A stretch of DNA of 63,040 nt, counting the filler, from Lenisia limosa (taxonomy: Eukaryota; Protista; Breviatea), in the NCBI GenBank assembly GCA_001655205.1. It is 8 parts of 8 records of this genome, joined end to end, with 100 filler letters (N's around TTAATTAATTAA, not from the genome) between each part and the next. Parts side by side here need not be neighbours in the genome. Positions count along the whole stretch, not along the records: positions 54,270 to 56,256 come from LPNZ01001569.1; positions 56,357 to 57,774 come from LPNZ01007637.1; positions 57,875 to 61,517 come from LPNZ01011256.1; positions 61,618 to 63,040 come from LPNZ01000008.1; 4 more parts are not named here. One strand, given 5' to 3'. Position 1 is the first letter of the stretch. Each line of letters opens with the position of its first letter. Under the pieces are notes generated by a model. The model worked only from the letters and a program-made list of their open reading frames with translations, ran no database searches and was not told where the DNA came from. Positions 55,389 through 63,040 of the stretch are shown in pieces. The translations under genes and the position numbers were made by a program.

Positions 55389-58300
55389 CTAATTGAGGGT
55401 GTCTGTCGCAACTTCCCCGCAAAGTCCCATTGCCCCGAAGAGCTGATCCTGGGGAGTGAGTGGGAGTATAGGATGCGGGATGGTTATAAGAAATATACCA
55501 CCTATAGCAATGACAAAGCCCACACCATCACGCATAAGAGATATTGAATTAATTCACCCTGTGCATACAGTTTTCTGCATGCCTTCCCAACATTCATATA
55601 AATGGTGACCCCCTGCCAACTGAAATGGTGTCTTCTGAGAAGAGTTTCTCTCCGATGGACTTGAGATACTCTGAAATTGGGAGGTAGGACTCCTGGGGGG
55701 GGGGNNNNNNNNNNNNNNNNNNNNNNNNNNNNNNNNNNNNNNNNNNNNNNNNNNNNNNNNNNNNNACGAAGGGAATTTTGATGAAGAATATTGGCGTAAA
55801 GGTAAAATTTATGAGAGAAAAAAAAAGGGGGGGGAGAAGAATAGCATTGATTATTATAATTACAAATACACTAAACGAAGCAACAAGAAGCCTACCTTGA
55901 GTGCTTCGTCCACGCCAGAGATGTTGCTGTAAATGATATCAGACCGCTCCTTATCGTCCGTACGCATGCAGAAGAGGAGAGGTGCCGCAACGGAGCGCGT
56001 GGCCGGCGGGATCACGCTATTCAGGTTACTGGGTTATAGATGACGCTAGTAAGGTTATTGATGCCCCCCCCCCCTCCAATCACGCTTATAAGAGATTTTG
56101 GATTATAGTATAAAATTAATTCACCTAATCATTTACCTTAAAACTCTGTGTACACAGCTTTCTGCGTACCTCCCCAACATACCGAACATACTATGATATT
56201 ATTTATATGATGATATAACACTCTTGTTTAAGATGGATCCTTTACCAACCCCCCCCNNNNNNNNNNNNNNNNNNNNNNNNNNNNNNNNNNNNNNNNNNNN
56301 TTAATTAATTAANNNNNNNNNNNNNNNNNNNNNNNNNNNNNNNNNNNNNNNNNNNNGATATCCAGCGCAAGATACAGGTTGTTGGCCTGGGCTGTGGCAA
56401 TCATGTCCTCGAAAGTGGGGAGCTTCGCCCCCGCAAATTCGTCACCAAAACGGTCAGAATAGCCGAAGTCAACCTGATTTGTCAGTAAGTTCACGTGACA
56501 ATATCGATATTTATCAATTTTGATGTTTATATTATGAATTGTCTTTTGTCAAGAGCACACAAAAAAAGGTCAGAATATCAAAGTCATCCTAAAACGCCTT
56601 TAATATGAGATTATATTATATGTCCTAAAAATGTATAACTAACAATATGCATCATAAAAATCAACCGAATTTGTCATAAAATATCGATGTTTTCGATAGT
56701 ATGAATCGGGGTGAAGCCCTCGACTAATCGCTAAATCTCTTAGAAGCGTGATGGGGTGGACGGCTTCGGCCATAACCCCACCCCCACCACCACCAACGTT
56801 GTTATAAAGATACTCGTAGGTGTAGTCGGAGATGTACCCAGAAGCGTTCGTGGTTCTATCGAGAAGTTCATCGTGGAAGGCAACAATTACACCGTCCTGA
56901 GGATTTTGAGCAAATGTCCAGGCACAAAAGAGTTGCAAATATACCTCAACACCTCAAAACAAATAATGAAACACCATGAAAACTAGCGCTCTGTGCAATC
57001 AATTTTTTAAAAAATTAATTGACACAGTTTAAAACTATATTGTCTGAAATGGAGTTCCCATGACAATAGGTCTCACTTAAATGTTGCAATTATTCTTTCA
57101 ATTAATTGCACGGAACCTGATAAAAACACCCCCCCCCCCTAGCNNNNNNNNNNNNNNNNNNNNNNNNNNNNNNNNNNNNNNNNNNNNNNNNNNNNNNNNN
57201 NNNNNNNNNNNNNNNNNNNNNNNNGACAGGCCGCCACCGACATCACCGTGTTTTCCGGATACTGCGGGGGTTATACATTATTAAGGCTTCACTTCGGTTC
57301 GAAAAACACCGGTAAACTATCGATAGTTTTCGAGGATCTATCGAGAAATTCAGTCTTTTTTCGAATCGAAGTGAAGCCCAGTTGTACATGTATATAAAAG
57401 TACATGGGGGTGGGGGGGGGTTATAACTCTGTGTACACAGCTTTCTGCGTGCTTCCTCAGGATACACGGAGTCCTATAACTACATGTATAGAGCCTACCA
57501 AGTTAGAATGGCCTCTGTGAGCGTATATCAGCGGTGTTCGCGAGTGGTCACTGTGAGGTGAGAAGAAATTTACTGTAGACTCAGAAAGAAAGAAGAAAAA
57601 TAACACTGTAGACAGCAGAAGGCAAGAAGAAATGTACATAGTGTAAGTATACTGTGGCAAGGAGAAATATATAATATAGGATTGGTATCATTTGCTGTAG
57701 TATATTTTGTACATAAGAAGGCACATTAGTAACAATCCGGAGTGATTACTAAAAGGTAGAACCCCCCCCCCCCCNNNNNNNNNNNNNNNNNNNNNNNNNN
57801 NNNNNNNNNNNNNNNNNNTTAATTAATTAANNNNNNNNNNNNNNNNNNNNNNNNNNNNNNNNNNNNNNNNNNNNGGGGGGGGGGGGTAGTGAAAATGGAC
57901 AAGCCCAAAATAAAAAATGGAAAGATTATGCGAAGGACTTCCCTACGATCCACAAAAGACCATCAAAATTCAATATTTTTCGAGGATTTACGGGGAGCTT
58001 TTTGGTAATTCCTCGAAAACTATTGATATTTCCCTGGTTTTTTTCGAACCGAAGTGAAGCCCTAAGTAGAAAATTAACACAATACCCCCACCGTACCTGC
58101 CACTCGCTCAAATGGGGACGGCGTGGTGAAGTCCTCAATTTCAAAGGCCGTGGAGCCAACCTAGGGGGGTAAAATTGGAAAATTTATGCAACTAAAAAGC
58201 CCAAAATCGTTGGATGGTAACACACGAGGGGTGATAACAACAAAACAAACAAAGCTCAGGCCAGTCGCTTCTGCAGCATCNNNNNNNNNNNNNNNNNNNN

Positions 58301-58984
58301 NNNNNNNNNNNNNNNNNNNNNNNNNNNNNNNNNNNNNNNNNNNNNNNNNNNNNNNNNNNNNNNNNNNNNNNNNNNNNNNNNNNNNNNNNNNNNNNNNNNN
58401 NNNNNNNNNNNNNNNNNNNNNNNNNNNNNNNNNNNNNNNNNNNNNNNNNNNNNNNNNNNNNNNNNNGTTTTAGAACCGGGAAACAAATGAGTGAAATGCT
58501 AGTGGTTATACAGTTGGCTAGAGTACAACATAAAACAAAGCCCATTCCAGTTGGTTCTGTGTTAAAATTTTAGTTAGTCCTGTGGGTGAGGGTGAGGGGG
58601 GGGGGGGGNNNNNNNNNNTTTGCCCACCTCTCCTTCGGGAATAAACGGTTCAGGGATGTCGGCTTCAACTGGTGTTTCGTCTGAGGGAGTAAAATTGGAA
58701 ATTTCGATAAGAATATTGATGAAGGTAATTACTAACTAATCAAGAACCGAATAATCTGAACTATTTGGGGAAACCAATGCCCCTCGCTTGTCTTTTGTTA
58801 ACATACAAAAATGACCCCCCCCCCNNNNNNNNNNNNNNNNNNNNNNNNNNNNNNNNNNNNNNNNNNNNNNNNNNNNNNNNNNNNNNNNNNNNNNNNNNNN
58901 NNNNNNNNNNNNNNNNNNNNNNNNNNNNNNNNNNNNNNNNNNNNNNNNNNNNNNNTCCTCGCTGCTCGAGTCACCAGATGGCAT
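55389..58984 (-). CDS. Glycerophosphodiester phosphodiesterase (GDPD) domain protein
   Basis: TPLIYAHRGH (~57530-57500), DGVIVAFHDELLDRTTNASGYISDYTYEYL (~56900-56805), AKLPTFEDMIATAQANNLYLALDI (~56430-56358), and a GLCGEVATDTLN* end. The acidic 5' exons (MPSGDSSSE, DETPVEADIPEPFIPEGE) are tentative. Confidence 0.85.
57284..57379. mobile_element. MITE family A, type 1, full length, reverse orientation
   Basis: TA|AGGCTTCACTTCGGTTCGAAAAACACCGGT...CAGTCTTTTTTCGAATCGAAGTGAAGCCC; in a GDPD intron. Confidence 0.85.
57935..58062. mobile_element. Composite MITE (type 2 left arm plus type 1 right arm)
   Basis: GGACTTCCCTACGATCCACAAAAGACC...TTTTTTTCGAACCGAAGTGAAGCCC|TA, with the core duplicated as an internal inverted repeat. 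Confidence 0.7.
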
Positions 58985-59623
58985 CCTACGTCGTTAAAAC
59001 GGCATCTCAAGCCGCCTTGATCCAAAGATTATCAATATACCACGCGATATGGATATCTCAATATATAATGATGCGAATAAAACAAGTTTGTATCGCTCAA
59101 AAGAGATACTGGATTGTAGACATCGAATGTCGTTAAGGAGCTCATCAGGCTATTGGGTGCAAAAAAGGCTCGAAAAGGGCTGTTCTATTTCAGAAGGAGT
59201 ATATGTCAAGATGAGGATTAATCAAGGTCCACACCATCACGTTCATGACGTCATTAATTAGAGAAGCGTAAGACTATACACCCAAGAATGGGAAGATCAT
59301 CAGCTTCATCTAGAAACTAGCTCTGTTTACTATCTAATCTTTAAACTGTGATAGACTCATCAATATACCTTTAAAGAGCCGTTGGAGAGCGCTAAAAGCG
59401 AGCTCACTTGACAGATAACACAATACTGAGGGAGTTTCTCCTTATATCATATACTCCTTCTATTAATTACTAATAAATAACAGCGTTTTTGCCCATAAGC
59501 TTTGCGGTAACTGGCCCAAAAAAATTCAAATCGAAACATATAAACGAACTTATGGTCCAACTCTTTTTATGCCAAAAAAATGAAAAAAATCGTCTTTTTG
59601 CGTCTTTACTTTAACTTTTAGGT

Positions 59624-62600
59624 ATGGAGTGCACTAGTGAGCGGGGTTGAAGAGCATATAGTTTCGTTTTTTTGTGGAGGTTTTTGACTTTTGCTCTAGT
59701 TTCCGGTGAGGTTCCCACTGAGCCCGTCACTACCTCTGACGGATATGTTTTTGAAAAGAGAATCATTCAAAAGTACATTGAAGAGCATGGAAAGCACCCC
59801 ATTTCTGGAGAGCCTCTTAGCAGCGACCAACTGATTATCATCAAGGGTAGGTGCACGTTTAAAACTTTTTGGCGAGATTTGATTTCCTCTTTTTTTGACT
59901 TTCTAAAGGAGCTAATGTTGTCAAACCCCGCCCTGCCAATGCTACTAGCATTCCTTGCATCCTCCAGATGCTTCAAAACGAATATGATGCCCTCTCCCTT
60001 GAGGCTTACACTGTTCGTCAAAACAACGAAACTCTCAGACAGGTACTGCGTTACTTTGGCGTTAATAAGGCCAACTAACCCTCGTAGGAACTTTCTCACA
60101 CTCTTTACCAACATGATGCTTCTTGCCGTGTTGTTGCTCGCCTCATGAAGGAACGTGACGACGCTCGTGCGTATGAGGGGCCATTCTATCAACCTACCAA
60201 GGCATTTTCAATTCAGGGACTTCCCCCTTTCTTCCCTCCCCTTTGTATGATCGATCTTCAGCGAGCTTGCCTCTTACCGTGCTTCCGGTGCCGCTCCTGC
60301 TGACACTAGTGCCCCTGGTGTTTCTGAGGAGCTCGTTGGACAGATGACTGCTTTATCTTCCAAGTTTGAGGGTCTGGATCTCGTGATGTTGAGATATCAC
60401 GCAGCTTGAGTCTGTGACTGAGAATGAGCTTCTTACATGGCTTTTAAACACATATCCATCCTTTACCTTTCTACTGCAAAATCATACACAACAAAAGCCA
60501 GTATCATTAGTTTTTTTGTTTGATTGTGGGTGTTCTATGTCTCTTCTACCCCTTCCCCGCTTCATTATTTTGGGCTTTTTTTTTGTTTCATAANNNNNNN
60601 NNNNNNNNNNNNNNNNNNNNNNNNATGACTCCCCCCCCCCCAGGCTCTCCAAGGCTCGTAAGAAGCGTGTCGTCTCTGAGACTATTGCCACCAAGGAGGA
60701 CATTGCTGCCTTCAAGGTCCAGAAGGAGGTTCCTCTTCACAAGGTTGGGAGAGGAGAGGGTGTTTTTCTTGTTTTTTTTTTGTTGTTATTTTGTTGTTTT
60801 TTTGTTGTTTTTTTGTTTCATAACTTCTTACCCCCTCCCCCCCAGGCCTCCAACCCCGGCATCACCGACATGGTNNNNNNNNNNNNNNNNNNNNGTCGTG
60901 GCCACCTCCGGCATGGACGGAGACGTCGTTGTGTTCGACCATGTCCAGAACCAGGTGAGGGAGGGATGAAAGTTCTAAGTGTGTTGGGAAGGGGGGGGGG
61001 TAAATTTAGAGCTTCACTTCACTTCGGAAAAAGACTAATTTCTCGATAAATCTTCGAAAACTAACGATATTTCCCGAACCGAAGTGAAGCTGTAGGTAGA
61101 ATGCTATTGTTTTATTTTGGACAAGCACAGAAATCAGAATTATTTTTATCTAATTTCCTTTGTTTCACCATAGTNNNNNNNNNNNNNNNNNNNNNNNNNN
61201 NNNNNNNNNNNNNNNNNNNNNNNNNNNNNNNNNNNNNNNNNNNNNNNNNNNNNNNNNNCCTATAACTTTCCCATTTTACACCCTTCAGATCCGTAGCACC
61301 CTCCGCGGCCACGCCAAGGCCGTGACCTCCATTGATGCCCATCCCGATGCTTCTTTCCTCCTCTCCGCTTCCAACGACCGCACCATGCGTCTCTGGGTTC
61401 ATGATGTGGGTGCAGGTCCTTCTGATAGTTCTTCTTCTTGCTTCTCTTCATCTTCTTGCTCCTCTTTTTCTTCTTGCTTCTTTTCTTCTTGATCTTCTTC
61501 TCTCACCCCCCCCCCCCNNNNNNNNNNNNNNNNNNNNNNNNNNNNNNNNNNNNNNNNNNNNTTAATTAATTAANNNNNNNNNNNNNNNNNNNNNNNNNNN
61601 NNNNNNNNNNNNNNNNNTGTTGTTCTCTCACCATCACCACCAATCACAGTACCCGAGCGGCTGCCGTCGGCTTAATTCGCGGGTTGTGCGTGGCCGATAT
61701 TGCCGCCTGTATTCCGCTTCTGCCGAGATTGGTAACTGTGTCACGTGACCAGTGGTGGGTCCTCCGAGCCGAAATCCTCAGGGTATGAGGGGGTAAAAAT
61801 GGAAGAAACTTGGGCTTCCCTATAAGATCGTGGAAAGATCGATACACCTTGACCGATTTTCTTTGGGATCTGATAGCAAATCAGTCAAGACTTATCCCGT
61901 CAGTTTATATCCTCGTTATCCCCGGAAATACCTTGCATCAACCTCACCCATATCCTAACTCCTCCCTCTATATGATTTTGGGCTTTTTTTGTTTACAATT
62001 TCCATTTTACCCCTCATACCCCCTGACCTGGCCAGGTCTGCGGAGCTGTTCTGCCTGCTTTGGCTGCCGATGATGAGAGTGCTGTACTTGTGGGCGGGTG
62101 GGCTTCCTATATCATTAAGGCTTCACTTCGGTTCAAAAAAAGACTGAATTTCTCGATAAATCCTCGACAACTATCGATATTTTCCGTCAATATGAAATGC
62201 ATTATATGATATGATATATAGCTTATAATCCCGATTTGTTTGGCCATGATTTAGAGCGTCCTTGACTTCTTAGGTTTATGACCTCGTGAAGTTCATTTTG
62301 AACCCAACCGCAGCAACTCCCGCCACTATTAAGGTAAATGTTATTTTTTATTGTTGAAGAAAATAGGCTTTAAGTATTCAATGTAATCTAAAGATATAAA
62401 AATTCATGTATTACTTTGATTTGTTTCCCCATATTTATATCATGTATTAGTATATGATAGATATGTAATATGTATATTATCCTGGCTCTCAAAAAAAGCA
62501 CACAATCCAGAAGGGTTTTAAACGATTACTCAAGAAAAAGAAAATTGACATAATTGTTTTAAAAATCAATATGAAGTCCAAATAATTCATATTTTAAGGC

Positions 62601-63040
62601 AAATGATTGGGTGAATTATTTTTATACTATAATGCAATATCTCTTATTAGCGTGATGGTGTGGACGTGCTATATAGTATAATTCATATTGGACCGGCTCT
62701 GATTGTACCCTTGAATTTCAAATTTAAATAAATCAATAAATCAATAACAAGGAGTACTACTAATAGGGCGGTAAAATATCGCCTTAGTCGATGTTGGGAC
62801 TGTAGGGAAGCCGTAAATGCTAATACTCACTCCCCCTTGCTGGTGTTTGTTATTGCTTATATTTAGTCTATTTTAAAACCAAAGGGAAGCAATGCTCATA
62901 ATCCAGATTGGCTTGGCCATGATTACACCGCATCTGCGAAGCCATCCCGCTTTGACTTCAGTCTTCATTGGTGCGGCGAGGGAGGGGTGCTGTTAGGGAG
63001 GAATGTCATTACTGTTACATTGGGGGAGGGGAGTAGTTTT
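59624..63040 (+). CDS. PRP19: Pre-mRNA processing factor 19 (U-box, coiled coil, WD40); runs off the window end
   Basis: MECT|[40 protein letters not shown] (U-box); [30 protein letters not shown]; [27 protein letters not shown]; WD40 exons [13 protein letters not shown] and [28 protein letters not shown]. Confidence 0.95.
61009..61092. mobile_element. MITE family A, type 1, in a PRP19 intron
   Basis: TA|GAGCTTCACTTCACTTCGGAAAAAGACT...CCGAACCGAAGTGAAGCTG|TA. Confidence 0.8.
62118..62185. mobile_element. MITE family A, type 1, 3'-truncated, in a PRP19 intron
   Basis: TA|AGGCTTCACTTCGGTTCAAAAAAAGACTGAATTTCTCGATAAATCCTCGACAACTATCGATATTTT. Confidence 0.8.

Overview
This is intron-rich eukaryotic nuclear DNA from a gappy draft assembly, with many N runs and seven artificial TTAATTAATTAA six-frame-stop linkers. 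Genes have many short exons and GT-AG introns, and the standard genetic code fits, so most entries in the ORF track are exon fragments or spurious. Hand-spliced translation confidently identifies SRP19, the DEAH helicase Prp43/DHX15, Prp19, a glycerophosphodiester phosphodiesterase (GDPD) and a signal peptide-LRR-TM receptor-like protein. Less certain are a profilin (PFN4-like), a C45/tan-like hydrolase C-terminus, an AGBL4/CCP6-like N-terminal part, a large gene weakly like Rod/KNTC1, an EGF-containing membrane protein, a decayed RecQ-like helicase and several unknown multi-exon genes. The most notable observations are three. First, a spliced gene with an Mrr-type PD-(D/E)xK restriction-endonuclease-like domain (catalytic exons 34366-35360). 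Second, a ~95-bp TA-flanked MITE family with two TIR types, found mostly in introns. Third, a splice-site polarity with G-runs after donors and C-runs before acceptors. All protein identifications are from motif recognition by eye; no database search was run, and boundaries of the unknown genes are approximate.
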